Assembly: GCA_017654855.1 (NCBI GenBank)
Contig: CM030334.1
Location: 124,001 to 188,000 of the forward strand
Reading direction: 5' to 3'
DNA: 64,000 nucleotides
From: Podospora anserina
Taxonomy: Eukaryota
The notes under the pieces are model-generated. The model saw nothing but the letters and a program-made list of their open reading frames with translations, was not told where the DNA came from and ran no database searches. The translations under genes and the position numbers were made by a program. Below, in pieces: positions 49,074 to 61,493 of the stretch (positions within the stretch are counted from its first letter, which is position 1; every line of letters starts with the position of its first letter).

Positions 49074-50549
49074 ATGGCCGGAAGGCAGGGCGCGGGAGCC
49101 ATCGAGTCCCAAGCAGAAAAAAAGACCGAGATGGTGGCCGAACCGGACTCGACATTGTTAACCAAGCCAAACCCCGAAGCGACGAACACTTCCGCCGCTC
49201 CGCCGGCGACAGTCTCCGAGTATGAGAAGAAAAAGGCCAACTTCATGGTCAGGACATTTTGGACCTTGGTGATGATTGCCGGTTTCTTTGCTGCTCTGCT
49301 CGCCGGTCACATCTACGTCGTCTTGATCATCACCACCATCCAAATCATCTCCTTCAAGGAGGTCATCGCCATCGCCAATATAGGCTCTCGGGCCCGCGAC
49401 TTGCGCTTCACAAAGTCTTTGAACTGGTACTGGCTCGCGACCACCATGTACTTCCTGTATGGCGAGAGTGTTGTCTACTACTTCAGACACATCATTCTTG
49501 TCGACAAGGTCCTGCAGCCTCTGTCTACCCACCACCGCTTCATCAGTTTTTGCATTTACATCTTTGGTAGGTTTAGCAAACTCAGCCGTAACAACAAGGC
49601 TGACATGACTCTCAGGTTTTGTCATCTTCGTCACCTCCTTGAAGCCAGGGAATTTGAGGTTTCAGTTCTCGCAGTTCGCCTGGACGCACATGGCGCTGTT
49701 CCTCATCAACATCCAGGCCCACTTCATCCTCAACAACATCTTTGAGGGTCTGATTTGGTTCTTCTTACCCGCCGCCCTTGTCATCACCAATGATATCTTT
49801 GCCTACATTTGCGGCATCACCTTTGGCCGCACTCAGCTCATCAAACTCTCGCCCAAGAAGACGGTCGAAGGTTTCATTGGCGCGTGGTTTTCGACCATGG
49901 TCGTCGGCCTCGGTCTCACCTGGTGCCTGCTCCGCTCCAACTATTTCATTTGCCCTGCAACAAACCTTGCCACGAGCATTCTGCAGGACATTCACTGCGA
50001 CCCCAACCCCGTCTTCATCCCTCGCACCTATACGACCCCCGAGTTCTTTTTCCTGCCTCCCGGCCATACCGTGAGTATCACGGTGGCGCCCATGTACTTT
50101 CACACCTTGGTCTGGGCCACGTTTGCATCGTTGATTGCCCCATTCGGCGGTTTCTTCGCCTCGGGTCTCAAGAGAACCTTCAAGCTCAAGGACTTTGGCG
50201 ACTCGATCCCCGGTCACGGCGGCATGACGGACCGCATGGACTGCCAGTTCATTATGGGCATGTTTGCCTTCCTCTACTACCAGACCTTTATCGCCGTCCG
50301 GGACTACAACCCCGGTGCCGTGCTGGACATGCTGGTCACCGGGTTGGGCGTCGAGGACCAGGCGCACGTTGTGAAGGGCATGTTGCAGATTTGGGCCAGA
50401 GATGGTGTCATTTCCCCAACGGTGAGTATCCCTCGGGAAATTCTGTTTGCAAGAGCTTCGTCTAACATCATGTCAACCAGGCTGCGGAGCAAATTTTGAA
50501 CATCTTGGGTGACAACCTCGCCTCGGTGTCTCATCACCTGACAGAGTAA
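49074..50549 (+). CDS. CDS1: Phosphatidate cytidylyltransferase (CDP-DAG synthase); introns 49567-49615, 50422-50480; probable 5'UTR intron 48852-48920
   Basis: LIKLSPKKTVEGFIG; SGLKRTFKLKDFGDSIPGHGGMTDRMDCQ signature. Confidence 0.95.
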
Positions 50550-51094
50550 TGCTGTTCCTCCATTGTACTATACGTGCCCCCGATGGGCGCCTGGCGTGGT
50601 TTATCGTTTTATTTGAGGATGCATTTTTTTTGTCATGGAGCTCGAGCGTCCGTTGCGAATGTGATATGATATTCAGGGACGGACAAAGCAGTCCGGTACA
50701 TGGCAATGGCTGTGGCTACGTTCTGGAAAGGCATCAGCGACAAGTTGCGGACACTTTTTTCAACATTTGTATGGGCAACTAGGTGTGTGGATGTGACAAA
50801 GTTCATACAAACGAGGTGGAGGAGGAGCCCTTTTCCCGGTTATAATAGCGACTGTAATCTACACGGAGCGAATTGCATGGGAGGAGTACATGGAAGCATG
50901 GCTTTATTTTTAGGATGGTCAATTCAACATTTCAGAAACTTTTGATACCATCAGTCAGTGTCTTCGTTGTGAATCTTGTATGTATCAAGCTCGGTCGATG
51001 ACTAAGCAGCCCGAGCAGCAGTGTCTTTCTTCACATACCCTCCTTGTCAACATCAACCTTTTGGAGTGAGTGGAACGTTGACACCTAAAATGCA

Positions 51095-51986
51095 ATGGAC
51101 AACCCACCAGCAGCCAACACCCTTGGCACCCTCGGAGCGGTAAAACCTCCTTCTTTCCTCTTTCTCTCTCTCTCTCTCTCTTTTCATCGCATGCTAACAC
51201 CATCCCAAGATCTGCTGGTCGATCCAGCTCCTCCCCCAAATAATCATCAACCACCGCCGCCGCCACGCCACCGGGCTGCAACCCGCCATGATGATGCTCT
51301 GGGCCTGGGCCGGCGTCCCCCTGGGAGTCTACAACATCGTCTCCTCCTTCAACCTTGCCCTGCAGGTCCAACCTCAGATCCTCGCCTTCCTAAGCCTCGT
51401 CACCTGGGGGCAGTGTCTCTACTACCAGCAATGCTGGACAGCGATCGAGACCCTGTCCGTGGCGGTGCCGATCGGGATGGTGATGGCGGGTGTGGAGGTC
51501 GGGCTGGTGTTCGCGCTGCGGAACAGAAACGGGCAAGACTGGGCGATGACGCTCATGGCGGCGTTGTCTGCCCTGTTGCTTGCGCTGGGCGTGCTGAGGC
51601 ATTACGTCGATATATGGAAACATCGGACCGTGAGGGGGATTTCCTTCTTGTTTGTGGGGATTGATGCGCTCGGGGATGTCTTCTCACTGGTGTCGGTCGT
51701 TTTCCAGAAAGAGCTGGACGTGTTGGGAATGGTGATTTACGGGACGGAATTGGCTCTCTGGTTGGGAGTTTTTGCTGCTGGCGGGTGGTATGACCTCCTG
51801 CCCAAGGTCCGGCAAAGGTGGGGGTCGGGGAGGGAGGGAAAGGGGGGAGAAACGAGGGGGGAGGAGTTGGGACGGGGCCAGGCCGAAAATAACAACACGG
51901 CGAGAGCAACCGGGCTGGCTACTTTGCACGATGGGGCGTCATCAACATCCGTTTTTCGGACGGCATCAAGGTCAATAGAGGGGTAG
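51095..51986 (+). CDS. PQ-loop repeat membrane protein; intron 51140-51209
   Basis: ANTLGTLGA/ICWSIQLLPQIIIN.RR..ATGL; second repeat RTVRGISFLFVGIDALGDVFSL. Confidence 0.88.
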
Positions 51987-52052
51987 TAGATGGAAAAAAC
52001 ATTGATATCGCTTGCTATATACAGGAGGTACATAAGATACATTACAGATTCA

Positions 52053-53455
52053 TTATTGCTCGTTAACAAACAAGCCCGCCATGCCCATGCCGGTGCCAAT
52101 GCACATGCTCGTCAGCAGGATCTTCTTGCCGGTCTTTCTGCACTCGCTGAGGCCGGTGACGATTTGTCTCGCACCGGTGGCGCCCAGTGGGTGGCCAAGG
52201 GCAATGGCACCGCCACGGGGGTTCATCTTGGCCCAGTCGAGTCCAAGCTTGTCCCGGCAGTAGACAGCCATGCTTGCAAAGGCCTCGTTGATCTCGACGA
52301 CATCAACATCGTTCAGGGTGATGTTGTGCTGGGCGAGGAGCTTGGGGATGGCCACGGTGGGGCCAATACCCATGATGCGGGGGGCGAGACCGGCGGTGGT
52401 GGAGCCGACGTATTTGCCCAGGATGGGCTGACCGAGCTTGATGGCGGTGCTGCGCTTCATCAGCAGGATGGCAGCAGCACCATCGGTAACCTGAGAGGCA
52501 TTGCCACCAGTGGTGCAGCCACCCCATTGAGGGAAGGCGGCGCGGATCTTGCCGAGACCCTCGGCGGTGGTGCCAGGCCGGATGCCCTCGTCCTGGGTTA
52601 GGGTGACCGTTTTGGAATTGCCGTCCTTGTCCTTGATCTGGGTGGTGATGGGGACGATCTCGTCATCGAAAAGACCGGCCTTTTGCGCCCTCTCGGCTCT
52701 CTGGAAACTCTCGGCGGCGTACTTGTCCATCATCTCGCGAGTGACACCAAAGTCAGCGCTGACGTTCTCGGAAGTCCAACCCATGGGCTGCATGCAGTCG
52801 ACAGCCTCCTGGGAGTGCTTGGTGACCTCCTCGTCAAAGGGCTTCTCGAGCGCATCGCCGCCAGCGGTCATGCTCTCGGCTCCCATGGCGATACCGATTT
52901 CGATGGATCCGTTGGAGATGGCGTGGGCAATGTCGGCGACGGCCTTGAGGCCGGAGGAGCAGAAGCGGTTGAGCGAGTAGACGGAGCAGGTGTTGGGGTA
53001 GCCCGCGGCGAGGGACGCGGCGCGCAGCTTGTACGAAGCCTTGCCATCGGAAACCTGTAGACCAGAATAGTGTCAGCGCTCACTGTTTCCAAAGACACTC
53101 TGAGGGGACGGACACGGGTGCGCACATTGCCCAGGCAGATATCTTCGACGAGAGCGGGGTCGAGGTTGCTCCGTTGGTTGACCTCCTTCAGGAGAGCGTA
53201 GACCATGTACTCGATGGTGGTGTCCTTGAAGCCACCCTTCTTGGCCTTGGCCAGAGGCGTGCGGACGGCGAGGGTGATGACAATGTCGTCGGCATTCTTG
53301 GAGGTGCTGCGTGTTGCGGCGAGTGGTCAGCGGCCAAGTCAAAAGTCAAAGTGGAGGGAAGGGCATGTGAAAGCCCACGGGACAACTCACATTTGGGACA
53401 GCCCGTTGCCGGGGGCAAGGTGTTTGAGGATGGAGCCGAGTCTTTCTACCGCCAT
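52053..53455 (-). CDS. POT1: Peroxisomal 3-ketoacyl-CoA thiolase with PTS2; introns 53307-53390, 53055-53125
   Basis: N-terminal RLGSILKHL (PTS2); NRFCSSGL; EINEAFAS; GAIALGHPLGATG; SMCIGTGMG. Confidence 0.95.
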
Positions 53456-53601
53456 TGTGAGAGTCTTGAATCCGGTGTGGGTGATCAGGAATTGAGGTCT
53501 TCGGGGCAGGAAGGGACAGGAATGTCGTGCATATTATTTATTATATCAACAATCAAGGGCAATGTTGCTGCTGACGGAATTGGTGGCGTTGGGTCACTTT
53601 G

Positions 53602-53607
53602 CCTCGG
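53602..53607. promoter_or_regulatory. Candidate FarA/FarB fatty-acid response element CCTCGG
   Basis: CCTCGG ~150 bp upstream of the thiolase ATG. Confidence 0.5.
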
Positions 53608-54735
53608 CATCTTTCGGCGTCTGCGGTTGTTGTCCATCGCAGATGGCCTGGTTCGCGGTTGAAAGCTGGCCCCTGGCGGGGGGGCGGGGAGGGGGGCAGC
53701 CGGGGCTCGCGGGGGCAAGGATGGCGTTGGGGTAAAGTGACCCGACCGGCCCATTTGAACCGCTTCCGGGCCACGGCTCAAGAGCTTTTGCGGGGAAACC
53801 ATTCGCTTCCACAAAGGCACCCACCGCCATCGGCAATTGCTTTGCTTGTTGGGGTCCTCCAAGTCCAGGGACCATCAATTGAAGCCAGCTGAAGGGAAGT
53901 CTTTAAGAATACAGAGACTTCTTCTCTCAGCCTTATCTTGCACACTTCATGCCACAGACAGCCCTGTTTCTCAATCTCCACCACTTAAACCTGCACCCGG
54001 TGCCTGCCCTGTGCGTTTGAGCTTCAGCGTGTTCGTCTCTGCTGGGCAGTATCTGTGCAGTCGTTCGTGCCTTGCATATCTCTGTGTTCAGGTTCAGATG
54101 ACAGCCATTGGCAGCTCTGCTCTGACAACTCCCTCTCATCCCATAAATTAGGGCCTTTTGATCAACTGCCATCTCAGTCCTCTCATTAAGAAAGGTGCAA
54201 TATAGCGGCGCTAGTCCCAACACGGGCTAGCGTCTTATCATGCCAAATCTAGGCGGCCCTGGGTGCCTGGGCAGCGCCAGCCACGAGCTTTTGCCCCATC
54301 AAGCTGAAAGGGTCTGTCTGTCATGGAGATAACTGGCGCTTTCAGCTGGCCGTATTGTTGTGGCCATGCAATTTCTATTGCGGCCATGTCGTCGTCCTGA
54401 ACATCTCTTCATCATGATTCTTCTTGTAACGCTCGTTCATTCTTGATTCCATTCCCTCCCGTCGGCAGCGTTGGCCATACTTACGCTCTCTTTTTCCTTT
54501 TTTTTTTGGGTTGCTTCGGAACTACGGAGTAAACGCAAATCTAGATCTCGGACCCCCCTGAGCTGACAACAGTCCCTCTTCGCCTCGGGAACCGACCGAC
54601 GACGGCCTACAACCGCGTCAACGTCAGTATCCCTTCGGTCTCTGAACAACGAGATCTGATCCGATCAAGTTCTGACTGCCCAGCTTAACCCAACGGTTTC
54701 ACTACCAGCGCTCCGTTCTGTCCGGCCCGCGTAAC

Positions 54736-55774
54736 ATGTTACACCATGTATCACCCGCCGCTGTTTTAACAGTGGCAGCCATGATCCTCCCGTCGATCGT
54801 CTCCGCCGACGGCCCGCTAGCGTCTGACAAACGAGGTCTCTGCTTCACGCCCAACGACACGACCCGCGCCGACGACGCAGTCTGGCCCCCGGCTCTGTCG
54901 TGGTACTACAACTACAAACCTCTCCCCGAGCCCAAATACAAGGACATTCCCCAGTCCGAGTTCGAGTTTGTGCCCATGCTATGGGGTGCCCCGGAGACGA
55001 AGGGAGACACCTCGTTTGTCACGACCATCCAAGACCTGATCAAGAGCGGCGTCAACATCACCAACGTCCTCGGCTTCAACGAACCGGATGCCCCGTACTC
55101 GTGGGGAGGGAGTTATTTGGATCCTATCACGGCGGCTCAGGTGTGGGTGGACAACATCAAGCCCTTGAGTGATGTGGGAATCCGAGTGGGTTTGCCCGCC
55201 TGCACCGCCGGACAGGACGGCTTGCCCTGGCTCAGGACCTTTGTCCGCGAGTGCTCGAAGCTTGTCAGCACGGAAAACAAAAAGGAGAACTGCACGTTTG
55301 ACTTTGTGACGATTCATTGGTATGGGAGCTTTGAGGGGTTGGCCAGCCATATGGGCCAATATGCTGCTGAGTATGTTTCTTTCGGTTGTGCAGTTTTGGT
55401 GGCAAGGCTGACTTTGTCACAGGTTCCCCAACAAGACCATGTGGATCACCGAGTACAATTTCGCCCATCAGAGTCTCGAGGATACGCAGGCCTTCTACAA
55501 GATTTCTGCCGAGTACTTTGATCGTTTGGATTTTGTTGAGCGGTATTCCCTGTTCGGCGCCTTTAGGAGCGACGTCTCGAACGTGGGACCCAATGCTGCC
55601 ATGTTGAGCAACGATGGTAGACTGACGGATATTGGCGCTTGGTACCTGGGCAAGGAATCCACCGGCGTCAAGCCTACTGATGGTCAATCTGTTAGTGCTG
55701 CTGTGCGTCAGACCGTGTCCATAGTGAGTGCCTCGCTTATTGGTGCTGCTGCTGGTGTGTGGGGGTTATTTTGA
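54736..55774 (+). CDS. GH128-like (Asl1-type) beta-1,3-glucanase, probably GPI-anchored; intron 55371-55422
   Basis: KRGL; SWYYNY; EFVPMLWG; LGFNEPD; IHWYG; WITEY; VERYSLFG; hydrophobic C-terminal tail. Confidence 0.88.
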
Positions 55775-56574
55775 TGTGATGTCGACACGGGGACTTTATC
55801 TGGGCTTGTAATTTAATGACTGGATGAGACGATGCGATGCGGTGCTGGCGGGCGGAAATGTTATCGGTTCATCGTTGGAAGTTGCCATGACCTCAACTCT
55901 TAGGTCTCCGTGAGCAGAGGGCCTCTACTCAGGCCTCTCCTGTCTTGGGGGGGTTGATGTGTCTTGTGTGCTGACCACAGGTATCCTTTCAGCTTCCGGC
56001 GATCAAGTCGACAATCTTTCCACCCGTTCAACCTCGCGTCGTCCCATCACTATCCCGACATAAATTATGTATATAGTAATTCTTTGTTGTAGACAGGATG
56101 ACGGGATGACCACCCACTTTGTGCTGTGCTGTGAGGCGAGGTTTTGGATCGGAGACATGTGAGACCCAGCAATCTGGGTTATTGTCTCGCTCTTCTGACA
56201 CGCATACGCATGACCTGCAGACAGCTTAACGATTTCTTCTTCGGTGGTTCTGGACACTATCGAATTACGTGTGAACATCCCAAGGATTTGGAACTGCATT
56301 GGTGGGTTCCGGCGCTCCAGTCATCCCCTGTAAATCACCCCCACTAACCCCGAAGCGGCAGGCTAACAGGGCCAACCCGGAGCAGGCGAGGTCTCCGGCG
56401 ATGTTGCTCGAAGTGCGGGGGTGAGAGAGGTGCCCGATGGTAGGTGGAAAGGAAGGATATTTACCTGGGACCGGCCCCGTTTTCTGCTCTGTCGGCAGAT
56501 CGACCTTTGGTGTTACCCCTTCTCTCCCATCCTCTCACCGTGATAAATAATTACACAAAAAATAAAATAAAATA

Positions 56575-57852
56575 ATGGCCGAGTCCGAGTCCATTCCGGC
56601 AGCTACTGCGCCGCAGGCATCGGCTTCTTCACCGGCTGGTTCCCCACCTCCGACCACCGCTCCTGCCGCTGCCGCTTCCACTCCGGCATCCCCGAGCGCT
56701 GCTGAGCAGCCGGCCGCCGATGCGCAAATTGCAGTCGACTCCAACCCCATCTACCATCCCCAACCACTGGAGGACGATGACGACAATGACTCTTCGCTTG
56801 GTGATGAGAATGCTCTTTCTACTGCCTCCATCAGCTCCAGCATCCTGCAGTACCGCAAGCTTCACGGCAGGACCTACCACAACTTTGGTGGTGCCGACAA
56901 GGTGGAGTACTGGTGAGTCTGAACCACCCTTCTCTGCTCTGATCACGTTTCACTGAAAAGACAAACCAGGGCCCCCAATGACGACGCCCAGAATGACCAG
57001 CTAGACATCAACCACCACCTCCTCAACCTGGCCCTGGACAACAAGCTCTTCTTCGCCCCCCTGTCCAAGCCCACCCGCGTGCTCGACGTCGGCACCGGCA
57101 CGGGCATGTGGGCCATCGACTTTGCCGATGAGTTCCCCGACTGCGAGGTCACGGGCATCGATCTGTCTCCCATCCAGCCGACCTGGGTGCCGCCCAACTG
57201 CAAGTTCGAGCTGGACGACGCCTCCCAGCCCTGGACTTTCCCGGACAACCACTTTGACTACATCCACTTCCGGTACATGATTGGGTGCTTCAAGGACTGG
57301 CCGGCCGTGTACCGGGAGGCGTACCGGTGTCTGAAGCCGGGCGGCTGGATCGAGCACTTGGACTGCACGGCGGATGTGCTGTCGGATGACGGGTCGCTGC
57401 CCAAGGACACGGTGTTTGTGGAGTGGAAGAAGGTGTTCAAGGAGGCGGGGGACAAGATGGGCCAGACGTTTGAGGTGGTGGACAATGACAACTATGTTGG
57501 GTGGCTGAAGGAGGCTGGGTTTAAGGATGTGAAGAATACGATTATCAAGACGCCGGTGGGGTCGTGGCCGGCGGATCCAAAGTGGAAGGAGGTTGGGCAG
57601 TTCAACCAGTATATGCTCGAAGGCGGGATTGAGGGGCTGGGGTTGTATATCATCACGAACGTGCTGGGGTGGAAATATGAGGAGATGCAGGTGTTTATTG
57701 CCAAGGTGAGGGCTGGGTTGAGGAACAAGAACTGGCATAGCTACTGCGTTTGGTAAGTTATCCCCCTTCGTCCCGCCGTTGGGCACAGCAGCTGACATGT
57801 CTGTCTGATCTACAGGGGTGCTGCTTGGGGCCAGAAGCCTTACGACGAGTGA
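56575..57852 (+). CDS. SAM-dependent methyltransferase (LaeA-like/TAM family); introns 56913-56969, 57753-57815
   Basis: SISSSILQYRKLHGRTYH; VLDVGTGTGMWAIDFADEFP; GIDLSPIQPTWVPPNCKFELDD; LKPGGW; ends WGQKPYDE. Confidence 0.92.
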
Positions 57853-58464
57853 AGGATATGCCTGAAGGGGGGTGTGTAATGCTGGCGATGAGGACGCGAG
57901 TTTTAGATCATTACGTGTCATTTATTAGAATGCCAACTTTGTTCGCGCCCACGAATCAAGAGGTCCATTCCCCGAACGCCCAACCAACCTCCAACAGCAG
58001 CACTGCAAACTCGTAACCCTTTCTGGCAGAACCCACCTGCAACCAAGTAGAATATTTGTCAGCCCTCACTCCTCAGCCCTCCATGTTCTAGATGCGGGGA
58101 AATATTGAAGCCACGAGAGGGGGAAGCAAGGTTGCGAAACATCACTATTGACGTCTTTTCTGATGGTGTGGAGACGATCCGAGGCTCGCTTTCCCTCTTT
58201 GACCGTCTGGTTGGTGCAAGGTCGCGCAAACCTGCTGCGGGGAAGCAACGTGGAACATTCAGAATGCAACCTCACGCATGCATGGAAGGGGCCCAACTGC
58301 ATCGTCTGCAGGCATCGGTATTCTCTGAGGGTGGTTCCAGAAAGAAGAATAAGTAGCGCTGGGTGGTACCGCAGGTATTTCAGTTGAGCCTCTTCTCATC
58401 TTGCCTGCCTGCCACCTTCTAGACACTCACTTGGACTGCATCGTCAGTCTGCAACGGTAACATC

Positions 58465-60106
58465 ATGGGCTCAGCTGCTGACTTCCCCAAGATTGACTTT
58501 ACGGTACGCTCAACCCCCCCCCTCTCGTTGCTGACGAAAACTCGTCACTGACAGACAATGATGATTGGCAGTCCAATTTTCAAAACATCATCAACAACGC
58601 TCTCTCGTCCACCCCCGAGACCCGTCAGGCTGTCGACCCAAGCACAGAGGAGCTTCTCTATCATGTTCCCCTGTCCAAGCAGGCTGATGTCGACAAGGCC
58701 GTCTCCGTTGCCAAAGCTGCCTTTCCCGCGTGGAAGGCGCTGTCCTATGACGACCGGGCGGGGTATCTCGGTCGGTATGCTGACGCGATTGAGGCTAACG
58801 TTTCCGGACTCCAAGAGCTTCTGATGAAGGAGGCTGGCAAGCCTGTTAGCAACGCCGCAGGGGAGCTGCAGTTTGCCATTGCCCATGTGAGGGAGACGGC
58901 CAAGCTGAGGATCGAGGATGACTTGATTGAGGATACTGAGGAGGTTGGTTTGGTTTGCATGCTGATTTGCCAAAGGGGTCGCTGACAGCTCACAACAGAG
59001 AAGAGCGACCGTCCGGTACCTTCCCATGGGAGTTGGCGTTGGCATCATCCCCTGGAACTACCCCGTCCTTTTGGGCCTGGGCAAGCTTGGTCCCGCCGTC
59101 CTCGCCGGCAACACCTTTATCTGGAAGCCATCGCCTTTCTCTCCCTACACGGCGCTCAAGCTGGGCGAGATTGCTGCGCAGATATTCCCACCGGGTGTTG
59201 TGCAAGTTCTGAGCGGTGATGAGAGCTTAGGACCACTCTTTACTGCTCACCCTGATGTAGCCAAAATCAGCTTCACGGGTTCGTCTGCGACGGGCAAGAA
59301 GGTCATGCAGGCTTGTGCCAGCACGCTCAAGAGGCTGACGTTGGAGCTGGGTGGGAATGACGCGTCGATTATTTATGATGATGTTGATGTGGCCCAGGTG
59401 GTTCAGAAGGTATGTTTTGCCTGATGCTCAAGACCAAGCAAGGTATCTGATGAAACTAACACAATAAAAGATCGGACCCATGGCATTCATGCACTCTGGT
59501 CAGATCTGCATGGACATCAAGCGCCTTTACGTGCACGAGAAGATCTACGACGAGTTCCTCGCTGCCTTTGTCCAGGTGGTCAAGTCGTTCAAGGTCGGAG
59601 GAGGAGGCGATCCCGAGGCGTTCCTGGGTCCGGTCCAAAATCGGATGCAGTTTGAAAAGGTCAAGGACCTGTACTCGGAGATTGGCAAGCAGAAGTGGCA
59701 AGTCGCCACCGGTGGTGAGCCTGTCGCCTGCGATGGCAAGAAGGGCTTCTTCCTGCCGCCTACCATCATCGACAACCCGCCAGATGACAGCCGCATCGTG
59801 GTGGAGGAGCCTTTTGGGCCCATTATGCCTGTTCTCAAATGGAGCGATGAGGATGAGGTGGTTAGGCGGGCGAACAACACCAACATGGGATTGGGGGCTT
59901 CGGTTTGGAGCAATGATATTGAAAAGGCCGAGAGGCTGGCTAGGAGGCTGGAGGCGGGGAGCACTTGGGTGAATAGTCATTTTGAGCTGTCGCCTTATGT
60001 TCCCTTTGGTGGGCACAAGTGGAGCGGTGTTGGAATGGATTGGGGCATTGTTGGGTTGAAGGGGTGGTGCAACACTCAGGCGAGCTGGGTGAGGAAGAAG
60101 TTTTGA
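58465..60106 (+). CDS. Aldehyde dehydrogenase; introns 58504-58571, 58944-58998, 59410-59470
   Basis: IIPWNYP; KPSPFSP; ISFTGSSATGK; LELGGND; SGQIC; EEPFGP; PFGGHKWSG. Confidence 0.95.
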
Positions 60107-60752
60107 GGGGGAGGGGGGGTGATGTATTCTGTCGAAGGCAACACTTAAGTTCGGTGCATGTATTTCTACATCATTATGTTGACGGATGAAATGAACTGCG
60201 GAGTTGAAGAGAAGTACCTAATCGGCGATTGTAATACCCAAGGCATGGCACCGACCCGGGCGTCAAACCCAACGTTGTGCTTATTCTGTGTTGATAAAAG
60301 AAAATGAGATAGGTATGTCGGTCTCATGTTTCGGTCATAGAGAATGAAACGCAAGTGTTGTTGCGCGGCGCAGACACCAGCCTGGCCGCGATCAAGACAT
60401 AGGTAGGACGGTAGATAAGACGACGGCCAATGGCCATGGCCGGTCTGGCTGCTCGAAACCAGATTGGCCCGCGGGCTTGAATTATGTTCTTTTTTGGCCT
60501 GCCTTGCATGCTGTGTACCTAGGTACCTAGTGATCCAACGCTTGAAGTGTGGTTACCAAGGCGTCGTCGGTCAATGAAACCTCAAACGTACCAGACCTGC
60601 AAACATTTCACACTCCCGAGATCCCCAAGTCTTATAAGAGAGTCCGAGTCGCCCGTGTATTCACCTTCATTCAATCGTTCATCCCCGCTCACAAACAAAA
60701 CATTACCAACTTCGTCACTTCAAACTCGAGACTTTTGGTCCAATTCCACAAA

Positions 60753-60945
60753 ATGAAGGTAAGTCTCACCGGATGATGTTCAATGCCTTTGAGGATTGTT
60801 CCTGACGCAAATTTGAATGTAGCTTATCACCATTCTCATCCTCTCCGCCACGGCGGTGCTTGCCGCCCCAGCACCTGCTCCTGCCCAGGTCGAAGCCCGA
60901 GCCTGCCCGGAGAACCCCGATGACTGCCTTTCGACATTCACATAA
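60753..60945 (+). CDS. Tiny secreted peptide precursor (42 aa) or truncated small Cys-rich protein; intron 60759-60822
   Basis: CACAAAATGAAG, intron GTAAGT...CTGAC...TAG, then LITILILSATAVLAAPAPAPAQVEARACPENPDDCLSTFT*. TATAAG at ~60633. Confidence 0.6.
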
Positions 60946-61320
60946 CTGCTATTGGCCAGAGGAGATGCGCCTCAAAAGAAAAGTACTCGGGGAATACGGT
61001 GGATTTCATGAAGAACAGTCTTAAAGAGTTAATACATTCCTACCCTTGTGGTACTGTACTTGCTGTGCGAGTGAATGCGTGCCCATGATTGGGCCGCTTA
61101 TAACTGAGAACCTTGTCGTGGGATATCTCATGTGCTTCCACAAAAGATGCCAAAATGATGTTTCCCCCATTGGATACCTTATGTAGGAAAGGCTTTTGCT
61201 AAGGTCATGGTCATCACTCCTCGCTCCTCGACACCGTGCCATTCACGGTGCAGAGACACATCCGGCTCCGGGGTCCACTTTTCCGGCACTTCCCCTCCCC
61301 GGGCCTTGAGAGCCGCTCCC

Positions 61321-61339
61321 GGCTAAATGCGGAGTGGGG
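61321..61339 (+). promoter_or_regulatory. XlnR site abutting two overlapping CreA-type sites upstream of GH43
   Basis: GGCTAAA at 61321-61327, then GCGGAG and GTGGGG (SYGGRG) at 61329-61339. Confidence 0.5.
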
Positions 61340-61493
61340 CATCCAACACGGCTGTAGCAGCGGACTGAGAGCACCTGGAGTCTCCCCTCATGTTCAACCT
61401 CGACCATAAGAGGCATCCATCGGGCATTCCGGCGAGACGTCGTCAAGCTGCCCAAAGCAAACCAACCAACCAATTACTTCATTGTGATTCACC

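Noticed and set aside
52594..52604. GGGTTAGGGT telomere-like word
   Set aside because: Inside the thiolase CDS (Thr-Leu-Thr codons)
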